This document shows, piece by piece, positions 24,533-44,499 of a DNA stretch of 44,499 nucleotides. Position 1 is the stretch's first letter; every line of letters starts with the position of its first letter. The stretch comes from Salpingoeca rosetta (lineage: Eukaryota > Protista > Choanoflagellata), in the NCBI GenBank assembly GCA_033442325.1, contig JAWQFM010000022.1, positions 542,791 to 587,289 on the forward strand. The letters run 5' to 3'. The position numbers were made by a program, and so were the translations under genes. The notes below the pieces were generated by a model that worked only from the letters and a program-made list of their open reading frames with translations, did not search any database and was not told the DNA's origin.

Positions 24533-25722
24533 CGCTGCTACTACAAGTAGTGCTGCTGGTGGTGGTGGTGTTGGAATCACTAACAGTGCTGAGGTCGATG
24601 GTGTGTGGTTCTGAGGAGAGCCGCACAACAAGGTCGTGGGTGGACAGGTGTGGCGGTGACTCGAGTGATTGCAGCAGCACGATGTTGCCGTGTTCATCGA
24701 CATCAAACACAGGCGGTGTGCTGGTGCTGTTGCTGCTGTCGCCGGTGCTGGCGGGCATAAGGTGGTTGTCCGGTATGATGGAGAGGAGGCTGCGCTGGCC
24801 GAGTGAGCCGCCCATAATCTCCACCGCAGCCACCATAGACCCGATTGGGGCTGCCGAGCTAACATACACGGTGCTTGGCAGGGTGCATGTGGGCGCAGCT
24901 GCGGACTGCGACACGATCGTGATGGGAAGTAGTGTTGTTGCAGCGTGTGCAAACGGGTCGTCGCGATAGCGATGGTGTGCTGTGACGGTCACGTTGAGCA
25001 GCGTTCCGACCGGCAAGAACAGCGGCGCCCGCGCTAAGATGACTTCGCCCTCGCTCTGGTCGATGTGAAATAGGGGTTCAACCAGCGCCCCTTGATGCAT
25101 GAACGTGGCAGGAGGGTGCGCTGCAACTGTTACGTTGACTGCATACGTCATGTTGGCGCTGATCCCTGTCGTGCGATGCACAGCGGCCACGCGGAACATG
25201 TGCGTGTTGGCGGCCGCTGTCTGGGCCAGCCGTAGCGGCGCCGTGACATTTGGGGTTGGGGCCACGAAGACGGGGACATGTGAATCTTCGACAGCAGACA
25301 CCAACAGCGCTGGTCTGGCCTGCAACAGGCGTTGGAAGGGGGGGGCAGGGATTGTTAAGTGCATGCACGCAGCCAAGGCAAGTGAGACACCGGGAAGGAC
25401 AGGTACACGACGGTTGTTTGACGAAGAAGGCTGAAGCAAGACAGAAGGCCCCGTTGCATGTGTGTGTGTAGTACGTCGGCTGACGGTTGGATTGATTCTA
25501 CATCGTGTTGTTCCATCGCTGCGAGCAACAAGCCAAAGCACATGCAGGACTCACCTCGAACCACGACGATTGGACTGTGAGCACTAGCAGAAGCCCCAGT
25601 GTGTACTGCCACAGCAGTTGTTTCTGCCTTGATGAGCGTGGCGCAGCCCGCACCCGATTTGACAAGCCCATGGAGCGATGTGACCTTGTTGGTTGTGCGT
25701 GATGACTTTGTGTGCGAGCCAT
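19993..25722 (-). CDS. Cadherin-like single-pass receptor with poly-Thr mucin-like stretches and a cytoplasmic SH2-like domain
   Basis: Three phase-0 exons: 25722-25555, 25319-21393, 21078-19993. Hydrophobic leader LLWQYTLGLLLVLTV. Cadherin motifs VDYE..VRVRDVNEPP and LDFE..VLDVNEAPAF. TM LGFILAAAGFATILLLIAVLAVWYMCL followed by RRR. SH2-like GSFIVH...LFLK...QPLFQ|NLAQLIHHY...LPVPL. Alternative ATG at 25671. Confidence 0.75.
21886..22023 (-). repeat. Coding (ACA/ACG)n trinucleotide repeat giving a poly-Thr stalk next to the TM
   Basis: (GTT)n/(GTC)n on the + strand, in frame within the cadherin-like exon. Confidence 0.9.
23443..23517 (-). repeat. Coding (ACA)n repeat giving poly-Thr in the ectodomain
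   Basis: (GTT)n on the + strand, in frame within the cadherin-like exon. Confidence 0.9.
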
Positions 25723-26284
25723 CGAACTGGCGCAGATCTCTGGATCTCTGCTGCACTGCGCTGCTCTGAGAAGGAAGTTGAGTGAATGAGAAGGCTGGGT
25801 GAGACAGGTGCATCTGCTCTGATGCCCTGTCGTTGCGTGCTTGTGTCGCGTGCTGGCCCTTGTCTGCGCGCCCCCTCCCCGTGTCTTCTTGGGTTGTTGT
25901 GTTTGCCTTGGCCAGAGCAAGAAGCGAGCAGCTGCTACCACAACAAATGCAGGAGACAGGAAGGCGGAGGGTGTACATGAAAATTATGTACATTTTACAC
26001 AAATCCTCCACAACCGCATTGCGAGGACGAGCAAGTGCGAGCGAGCGAGAGGTGTGTGAATGCGCACGCCTCCAACTCCCTGCTGCACTGCGCTGCGACT
26101 GGCTGTCATTGCTCGGATTCTTCCTCGTCAACTTAGCCTTCAGGCTTGTAACTCACGCACACGCACTCGCCATTACCCGTGTTGTCGATTTGCATGCACC
26201 CGCGCACGCACTGCTGTGACAGGTGATCAGGAACGCCGCAACAACAGCACACGCACAGGCACATCATAGACACACAACGCGGAG

Positions 26285-28704
26285 ATGGACTTTCAGAACC
26301 GTGTGGGCAGCAAGTTTGGCGGCGGCGGGCCGGCCTCCTTCTCGGAGTCCAACCGCCAACGCAAAGAGCGTCTCATGGCTTTGGCCATGGAGACCATCGA
26401 TCTGGCCAAGGTATCAGCTGCGTCGCCTCTGCGTTTCAGTTTTGCGTGCTTTGGCATGCATGGTTTGCGTAGCTGCGCAATGTGCGTGGATGCTTGTACG
26501 TGTGTGTGCGTGCGTATGTGTATGTGTGTGCGTGTGTGTATGTGTGTGTATGTTCATGTATGTGTGTGTATGTTCATGTGTGGAGATGTGAACGAATGAA
26601 TACGCCACGGTGTCTGTGTGACGTGGCCTCGATGTCCTTGTTTGCTGTCAACACCTCACATGCACACACACACGCTCGCACACACACACACATACACACA
26701 CACGCACACACGCACACACGCGCACACACGCGCACACGCATACACACACACGCACACACGCACACACGCGCACACACACAGGATCCGTACTTTATGAAGA
26801 ACCACTTGGGCAAGTACGAGTGCAAGCTTTGCTTGACTCTGCACAATAATGAGGGAAGCTACCTCGCCCACACACAAGGCAAACGCCACCAGGAGAACCT
26901 GTAAGTGTTGACACGTGGTGATTGCAACGGCGCTAGCAGTGCTTTGCGTGTGCGGGAGGAATGGAGATTGATCCTGACTCCAAACGACGTTGACCATCTC
27001 TGCCTCCACTTCTCCATCTACACCATTGCCACAGGCGGATACGCGCAATCAAGGAAGCGAAGGACACACCCACCATGAAGCCGGTGCGTGCGTATGCTTG
27101 TATTGCTTCATGTCTGAACGGGTTGTGACCGTGCATGGGCACCAGTCTGAGCTCGCACTGCAGTGGTCGAAGTGGCTGTCATGTGACTGCTTGCCCTTTT
27201 GCTCACACCACATGTGTGTTGTGATGTGATACATCATGTGCACGCGACAGGATATGCCCCAGGTGGAGATTAAGAAGTTCTTGAAAGTTGGTCGCCCCGG
27301 CTACAAAGGTGCGTGACCATCAATTGCGGTGTCGCGTGCTCGTGCACGTGGCAACAATCATAGCGATGGTGGTGGTAGTGGTTTGCTTTCGCCACCAAAC
27401 AGACAGCAGCTGCCATCACTGTCTTGCCTCGCAATCCACCCACTACTTGCTATCCCATCCCCATCATCCCTCTTCCAATATGCTCATTGCACCCGCGTAC
27501 GTGTGACTGTCCTACTGCTGCTGTGCTGTTTGTGTTTGTTGTTTGCAGTGACGAAACAGCGTGACCCTGCCACGGGCCAATACAGCCTCTTCTTCCAGGT
27601 GAGACATCGTGTCGACGGCTTGGCAGGGCGAGAGTTCCAGTACGCTTCAACATTCAGCAATTCAGTCGTGTGTGTGTGAGTGTGTGAGAGAGTGTGTGAG
27701 TGTGTGCGAGAGAGAGAGAGAGTGTGTGTGTGTGTGAGAGAGAGAGTGTGTGTGTGTGTGAGAGAGAGTGAGAGAGAGAGAGTGAGAGACAGAGACTGTT
27801 AGTGTCAGCGACATGGCCTCAAAATACACACACATCAGATTGATTCATCCCTTGTCTTCGTGTGTACGTGCATGTGTGCATGCGTGCATGTGTGTGTGCG
27901 TGCGTGTGAAGATTGACTATCCCGAGATTGCGGAGGACGTGCTGCCGCGCCACCGGTTCATGTCCGCATATGAACAGCGCGTGGAGGCCCCCGACAGCAA
28001 CTTTCAGTTTATCGTCTTTGCAGCAGAGCCTTACGAGACCATCGCCTTCAAGGTACGTGTGTGTTTGCTTGTTTGTGTGTTTGTGTGTTTGTGTGTTTGA
28101 TTGTTTGTTTGTTAGGTTGTGCGTGCGTGCGTGTTCAATATGAGACGTCCCTCCCCTCCTCCACTTCGTGTATGTCGCAAGCACCTTCAATCCCACCTCC
28201 TCACACTCGCCTCCCCATCCCACCTCCTCACACCATCTGCCCCCTCTGGAACGTCAGATTCCGAGTTCTGAGATTGACCAGGCGCCGGGCAAGTTGTGGA
28301 CGCGCTGGAACCCGAGCACGAAGCAGTTTTTTCTGCAGTTCCACTTCAAGACCGAACGCGTACGCGCTACTGTGGATGGGGAGGGGGTGCTCACACACAC
28401 ACACAGACACACACGCACACGCACAGACACACACGCACACGCACAGACACACACGCACACGCACAGACACACACGCACACGCACAGACACACACACATGC
28501 ACGCACACACACACACACACCCTCTCTCTCTCTCTCTCTATGTTGGGAGGGGAGATGTTGCTGCTTGTATTGTACGTTCCCTACTCCTGATGGTTCTCAC
28601 GCGCATCTCTTTGATAACCCTTCAAATATCTTCCTCTGCGTGTGCAGGTCCCCGAATATGCGCCAAAACCCTTGCAAGCGGCATTCCAGCCCCAACCATT
28701 CTAA
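26285..28704 (+). CDS. SF3A2: Splicing factor 3A subunit 2 (SF3a66/Prp11)
   Basis: Exons 26285-26410, 26782-26900, 27035-27083, 27251-27308, 27549-27598, 27912-28052, 28258-28359, 28648-28704. Motifs [59 protein letters not shown] (matrin-type zinc finger), [38 protein letters not shown]. Confidence 0.96.
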
Positions 28705-29001
28705 CCACACACACACACACACACTCACACTCACACTCACACACACACACACACACACACACTCTCTCTCTCTCTCTCCCTCCCTCTCTCTCTCTCTCTT
28801 GAACAAGCACCGCCATACATGTGTGTGTGTGTGATTGCCTGCATTGTATCCCACTTGTATCGCTTCCGTCGTCCTTGCTTCTGCGTTGTTCTCTCTCGCC
28901 CTGTTTCAGTCTGAAGTACACAGATACACGACAGATGCCAGCCATGTGTCGATCACACGCTGCTTCACAATCATCAAGCAGTCTGCAATGCATACGCCAG
29001 C

Positions 29002-29044
<43 letters not shown>

Positions 29045-29107
29045 GCAGAGAGTCAGTCAAACAAGCACAAACAACCCCTCTTCCCCCCCCCCCCCCAACC
29101 ACAACCC

Positions 29108-30301
29108 CTATGCCGGGTCCAAGAACTGCACAACGCGTGTGGGAAAGAGGCGGATCAGGCGCGTGCGCACAGCGAGTGCCAGCGGCAGTGATGATGCAAC
29201 TGCGAGACCCGTCTTCTGCTCTCCATTGCACAGGCTTGGGTCGGCGCCAGCGGACACGAGCAGCTCCGTCGCCCGCCAATCCCCCTTGCGCAGCGCGTGA
29301 TGCAGTGGGGTGTCCCCATGCCGGTCCGCCTGGTTGACGCGACAGCCCTCTGTTGACAGAAGCGTGCGCATGGCGTCGTGGTAGCCGAGACGGCTGGCGA
29401 TGGCCAGCGCGGTCTCCAGCTTGGAGCCGGCCTCATATGACGGTGGCGCGGTGCTCTCTGCTGTGGGCTGGTTCACGTCTGCACCGGCATCCAGCAGCTG
29501 CTGCAACACGTTGGCGTTGCCGTAGCCAGCGGCCTTGTGAAGCGGGTACAGGCCAAACATGTCGCAGGACTGGTCTGGGTGCATCTTCACGTCGTGCAGC
29601 AGGTACTGCACCACAAACACCTGGTCCTTCCAGCTGGCGTGCTCCAGAAGCGTCAGCCCGTGCTGGTCGACAGCGCGCGCGTCTGCGCCCTCGCGGAGCA
29701 GAAATTTGAGCGCCTGCAGCTTGCCCAATCCCGCAGCGAGCATGGATAGGGACCGGCCAATGGAGTCGCGCAGCTCCACATCACCGCCCGACAGATGCTT
29801 GGCCTCCCTCACCAGCTCCTTGAAGTCCTGCAGCCGGTTGCCGCGCAGAGCAGCCGTTGCGGCGACTCGGATGCGCTCCAGGTCCTCGGCCGTGGACAAT
29901 GCGGGCGCACGTGTGCCATCACGGCTGAGGTCCTCGCTGGTGCCACACGCATCCTCTTCTTCTTTTGTCGTTGTCGAACCGAACATGAGCCCCGTCCAGA
30001 GGCCCAGCATCATCAGGCTTGTTGTGGCTGTGTTTGAGGTCTTGTTGCGCCCAGCGGCGTTGTGAGTCCAACTCCAGCCACCGCTGCGCGTGGTCTGTGC
30101 AGGCAGCAGTGCCTGCTGCCCTCTGGTGCGTTCTTGACCACCACGGCTGCTCAGCCACACATAACTACTGCTTGCCGACACGGCAGTGGCCACTGCTCGT
30201 CTCCTCGCCGCGGCTGCCACCACCCCGCGCCCAACACCAACAGCAGCAGCGGCACCAACAGCAGCAGAACGACCAACAAGCGTCATCATCAACGTCGGCA
30301 T
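29108..30301 (-). CDS. Ankyrin-repeat protein, single exon, with a possible mitochondrial presequence
   Basis: Ankyrin motifs GLYPLHKAAGYGNANVLQQLLDAGADVNQ and GDTPLHHALRKGDWRATELLVSAGADPSLCN. The ORF-track extension upstream of 30301 is microsatellite, so the start is inferred. Confidence 0.8.
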   Translation of the reverse strand: MPTLMMTLVGRSAAVGAAAAVGVGRGVVAAAARRRAVATAVSASSSYVWLSSRGGQERTRGQQALLPAQTTRSGGWSWTHNAAGRNKTSNTATTSLMMLGLWTGLMFGSTTTKEEEDACGTSEDLSRDGTRAPALSTAEDLERIRVAATAALRGNRLQDFKELVREAKHLSGGDVELRDSIGRSLSMLAAGLGKLQALKFLLREGADARAVDQHGLTLLEHASWKDQVFVVQYLLHDVKMHPDQSCDMFGLYPLHKAAGYGNANVLQQLLDAGADVNQPTAESTAPPSYEAGSKLETALAIASRLGYHDAMRTLLSTEGCRVNQADRHGDTPLHHALRKGDWRATELLVSAGADPSLCNGEQKTGLAVASSLPLALAVRTRLIRLFPTRVVQFLDPA

Positions 30302-30537
30302 CGTTGGTAATTGTCGAATTTTATGGATGCTATGACGAAAATTCAAGGAAGGACTCAACATTGCAGCCCAGCATGCAAAACAAGATCGAGAGAAGCAAGC
30401 GCGGATAGGCATACACACACACACACACAGACACACAGACACACACAGACAGACACACACACACACACACAGACACACACACACACACACAGACACAGAC
30501 ACAGACACACACACAAGCTAACGGGTAGGTGTCTCGA

Positions 30538-39889
<9,352 letters not shown>

Positions 39890-40075
39890 GGTGTTGGCAG
39901 CGGTGGTGCTTTGGTGGTGCTTAGGTGCTGGCCGTGTCGCTCGCTCAACGGTCCAGTCACACACCACAACGCACAGTCGTTTGTCGCAACAACACGCTTC
40001 AACAATAATGTCGGACAAGGCGCGAAAACCCAGTTCGGCCTATAACAAGTGCATTGGCCTATATGTATTTGGGTT

Positions 40076-40174
<99 letters not shown>

Positions 40175-40215
40175 GACACTTCCACACGAGCATGGACACA
40201 TACAAACATGCACAC

Positions 40216-40258
<43 letters not shown>

Positions 40259-40293
40259 TGCACACACGCACGCAAATGTACATGACGCGTGTG

Positions 40294-40905
40294 CTATGAA
40301 CAGAGGATAGATAAGTGCTGGCGAAGGTCCGGGTAGCCAAGGAGGGAGCTGGTGCGCAGAAACAGCTGGAGAAGGAGGGCGTTGTTGGCGGCAATGCGAG
40401 CCATGGCATTGCACGTCTCTGCTGCGCGCAGGTCAGACAAGTCTCCCGCGCGATGCAGCCGCAGCGCTGCAACCACCACGTCACACGCACGCCGCACACT
40501 CAGCGCACCATCATCAGCATCGGTCTCAGCATGGTCGGGAAACAGGTGCCGTTGGCATGCTGCACGCGACTCCACAATGGCTGCCGTGTTGGCAACTGGA
40601 ATGGCCGTCGCATCAGTAATAGCAAACCATGCGTTGCCGAGCGTCACAACCAACGCAGCAGCACGCTCCTCCCGCGACATCATCGCGGACGAGGAACCCG
40701 CAATACCAGAAGCAGCAGCAGCATCGGCCAATCTGTGTTGCTCTATTGCATCTCGGTGTTGTCGCTTTGATGGTGGTGCTGTTGGAGTGCGGCTGTGCTG
40801 GGTGTAAACAGGAAGCTGCGTATCTGCTGACATGCCCACGTCTGGAACAGCGAGAACACGGTGCAGCCACGCCCATTCCTCAGCACCAACAATTCCTCCA
40901 CCTTT

Positions 40906-40967
<62 letters not shown>

Positions 40968-42989
40968 GAGCAAAAGATCCGCCCCGCAGCACGGGCGGCA
41001 GCGGCAAGAGGTCACCGCTGGTGATGGCGGCGAGAAGATCAGCAAACAACAGCAGCGGGTGCTCCACCACAAGCACAGCGCGGCGTGCACGCGACAACGC
41101 ACCTGCTGCCGCTGCTGGCTGCAATGCAAACCACGACTGTACAGCACCAAGTGCGCTTGCACCTGGATGTGCGGCTGCCTTGGTCAGCACTCGCAGCACA
41201 GCACGCCGTGTCGCCGCCACCACAGTGAGGCGAGACGTTGTGGAAGACGAAGATAAAGACGCGGCTGAAGATCTCATGAGCGACGAGGATGACGCTGACA
41301 ACGGTGACAGCTGTGGTGATACTGGGCGAAGCTGGCGTGAGCGTTGGCGCAAACTGCACACGCGTGTCGACAGCGGGGAGAGTGCGCAGGCAAGCAGCTG
41401 CGGCAGCGCGTCCTCCTGCTCGCAGGCGGTGTTGACCTCGGCCAGGTACTGCGCAGTGAAGCCGAGCGAGGCCTCGTGGTGGCGGCGCTCGTAGTCTGCA
41501 GAGGAGGCAGGGGACGCGCGGCGGGCGTAGCGGCGGCGGTACACGGACCACGCGACCACCTGTGACGGCGGGAGTGGGGGTGGGATAGTGAGCGGGGTAC
41601 GTTTGGGACGGCAACCAAAGTATGCAGGCACACACTGAACACCCACGCACACATGCACACACAGAGACATACGGACAACACACAAACTCACACTCACACT
41701 TACACTCACACTCACACTCACACGCACACACACTGAACATACTGAACACACACGCAAACACATAGACGTAAACACACAATCACACACCTTCATGTGATGG
41801 ATGAGGGCCTGGCTCGGGTAGAGGGAGAGAACGGTGCTGTTGGGAGCGCTGCAGATGGTGTGCACGGAGTTGAACAGCGAGCTGTGCGCGTGCGTGGGGC
41901 GAACAATGGTCTTGACGTTGCCCAGGAGCGGGTTGTCCCTGTGCAGGCGGCAGCGGTAGGTGTTAAGCATGGGTGCCCCGGGTGGGTGGTCACGCAGCAG
42001 CCGCCCACTGCTGTAGGAGGCCATCAGCATGCGCACCTGGCCCGTGGTGGCCGGCAGCGTGGCCAGGTACGATCGCAGCGCACGCGTCGGCCTCAATGAC
42101 GTGCGCGAATGCACCGTGGCATACTCGTCCACGTCCATGAACATCACCCACTCGCACTCGCGCTTGGCGCGCAGCAGACAGTGGCCCGTATACCCCGGCT
42201 GCGTGTGCGGCGTGGGAAACCACACGTAGTCGATGGTGAAGAACAGCTGCAGCAGGCGCACGTGCGCGTGAAGGTTGTCCACCCCAGAGTCGTTGTCGTA
42301 CACAAACGTCTTCTGCAGCCCATGCACGGCCGTGTAGAACCGCAGCCACTCCTCAAGGAACTCACTCCGGTGCCACATGAGCAGGCACGCGCACAGCTGA
42401 TACGGAGGGCCCGCCGCTTGCTGTGTGCGCTGTGCGGGCGGCGTGAGGTGGGGCGTGTCGACGTGTCGCAAGCGATGGCGGCGTTGCCGTTGCTGGTGCT
42501 GCTGCCCTGGTGTATTCGTAGAAGCAGAGGGTATGGAGCGTATGGCTGTTGCTTGCACAGGTGTGTCGACTGCTGTCCTTGTTGTTGCTGTTGGGATGAC
42601 GGTCGTCGGATGGGCAAGCACGCCGCGAAAAGCGACGGTGACGGTCGTGTGGCCGAGCCGGAGCGAGCGTGGCACGGGGCACCGCGTGATCTGCTGCACG
42701 ACGGAGAGCGGGCGCGTGATGGCTGGGGGGTGGTTAAACACGCAGCGCACGCCACTGTCTTCGATCGTGAGGTTGTAGAACTCTGATGCGCCGCAGGTGT
42801 TGCGTTCCGTTGTCGCCAGGAAGCGGAAGCCGAGCGACTCGCTGGCGTGCGTCAGCTGCTTGTGGAACACGACAACCGTGCCATCGCCTTCATTCTGCAC
42901 CAGATAGACTTCCCCGCGGTGGGGGGCCTACAGCGCATGTGTGCATATGTAGACAGAGAGAGAGAGAGGGTGTGTGTGTGTGTGTGTGG

Positions 42990-43078
<89 letters not shown>

Positions 43079-43325
43079 GCGTGAGCAAGTGTGCGTGAGA
43101 GAGTAGTGTGCGTGAGAGAGTAGTGTGCGTGAGTGTGCATATGCGTGTGTCTGTGTGCCACGACACCTGCACCACCTGCACTGCACTGCATCCACACACC
43201 CTCTTTGCTCGCACCTTGTTGGCAGCGGTGGCGATGGCTGCGTGGATGATGCCGTGGTGGCCGCTGTCACGTGGAACCAGCGCCAGCATCAGCACCAGCA
43301 CCACCACCACCACCACCACGCGCAT
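40294..43325 (-). CDS. Glycosyltransferase family 92 (DUF23)-like membrane-anchored protein with a long C-terminal extension containing poly-Gln
   Basis: Phase-0 exons 43325-43215, 42927-41788, 41559-40294. N-terminal hydrophobic anchor MRVVVVVVVLVLMLALV. Motifs LCACLLMWHRSEFLEEWL, FVYDNDS, HCLLRAKRECEWVMFMDVDEY (DxD), KTIVRP, IHHMK. Confidence 0.8.
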
Positions 43326-43516
43326 GCATGCACACTGTCACAAACACAGAACTTTGTTTGCGCCAATCGCTTTCCCCACCTCTGAGCGCTGGGAGCAGTG
43401 TAAGATTTCAGCGAGTTTTCCCCAATAAAACAACAGAACAAAAAGAAGAACTGGGAGGAGGACCAACCATCATCAAACTGCCACAACAGCCACCAACCAA
43501 CCAACCAACAACGAAG

Positions 43517-43710
43517 ATGATGCGTGAAGATGAACGCCCACTGCGGCGACGGGTTGCCAGCAGCAGCGAAGGTGCGGTGTGTGTGTGAGTGTGTGTGAGT
43601 GTGAGAGTGAGTGTGTATGCAATTGTGTCAGTGAGTGTGTATGTGTGTGTGGTGTGTGTGTGTGAGTGTGTGTGTGTGTTGGCACTGTCTGCCTCTTCCC
43701 CCCAAACGCA

Positions 43711-43745
<35 letters not shown>

Positions 43746-44417
43746 GCTGCTCGTTGTTGCGCAGGCGCTGATGACTCGTTTGTAATGACGGAGGAGCAAG
43801 TGAAGATGGTCAAGTCGGCGATACACAAGGACAGGAGCAACCCGCTCGTCACCAGCATCATCTGGATGATCATCGGCGGCTTTGTCTACTTTTACTTTGA
43901 CCTGCAGAGTGTCCTTCTCTTTGATCCTCGCATCCCAACGTCAGTTGTGTATGTATGTGTGTGTGTATTGGCTTGTGTGCTTGGGCATGTGTGTGCGTGT
44001 GCGTGTGTGTATGTGTACGTGTATGTGCATGCGTGTGCTTGTGTGTGTGCTTGTGTGTTTGCTCGTGCGCTTGTGTGCAATTGTCTCTGCGGGCTTTGTG
44101 TTTGAGTTGAATGTATCTTTCAACCTTCCATGCTATCTCCCTCGACCAGCGTGCACTCGTGCGTCTTTGCTCCCGTTTTGCATTCACCTCACCTCACCGC
44201 ACGCACACACACACACATACACACACACTGCACACACACACACACCTTCTGACTGACACAGGTTTTGGTTGCGGTTGTCTGCTGTGTTGTTTGGAGTGTC
44301 GTGCGGGACTGGAACCTTGTGTGTGTTGGCCAGCCTCCTATTCAAGGTGGACTATGAACAACAGTTTCCCTGGGCGATCCCACTTGCGGCTGGCACAGGC
44401 GTGCTCTGCGTTCTCTC
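43517..44417 (+). CDS. TMEM128-like small multi-pass membrane protein, 3'-partial
   Basis: Exons 43517-43571, 43765-43939, 44262-44417 splice in frame to ...[17 protein letters not shown]...[13 protein letters not shown]...[20 protein letters not shown]. The pattern (W..YY.D, YD.KYP.LIP) resembles TMEM128 from memory. The gene continues beyond the window. Confidence 0.6.
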
Positions 44418-44499
44418 GTAAGCTATGCGTTACGGCATTTCTGTGTGTGGCTGTGTTTGTATGCGTGTGTGTGCATGCGTGTGTGTGTGTGTGTGTGTG

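Noticed and set aside
25355-26131. 258-aa minus-strand ORF as the first exon of the cadherin-like gene
   Set aside because: Its frame gives a phase-1 donor incompatible with the phase-0 acceptor at 25319; the other frame (start 25722) fits and supplies a hydrophobic leader.
41560-41787. Cys/Val/Ser-rich insert in the GT92 ORF
   Set aside because: A 228-bp in-frame GT-AG intron; splicing restores IHHMK-VVAW continuity.

Overview
Intron-rich eukaryotic DNA with (CA/TG)n microsatellites in most introns. The gene content and style are consistent with a choanoflagellate such as Salpingoeca (inference). Most short ORFs in the track are microsatellite artefacts. Manual splicing gives nine genes: a KDELC/POGLUT2-3-like GT90 glycosyltransferase; two tandem receptor genes (bacterial-type periplasmic-binding sensor, Cys-rich/Ig-like stalk, TM, protein kinase, guanylate cyclase); a cadherin-like receptor with a degenerate SH2 domain; SF3A2; an ankyrin-repeat protein; SMC5; a GT92-like glycosyltransferase; and a partial TMEM128-like gene. 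The most striking feature is the receptor pair. The copies are near-identical over kilobase blocks that include introns, yet switch abruptly to divergent cassettes in the signal peptide, ectodomain, TM, kinase insert and C-tail, and an assembly gap sits inside copy 2. SMC5 shows missing conserved segments and a possible in-frame stop. All exon coordinates were read by eye and may be off by a few bases.
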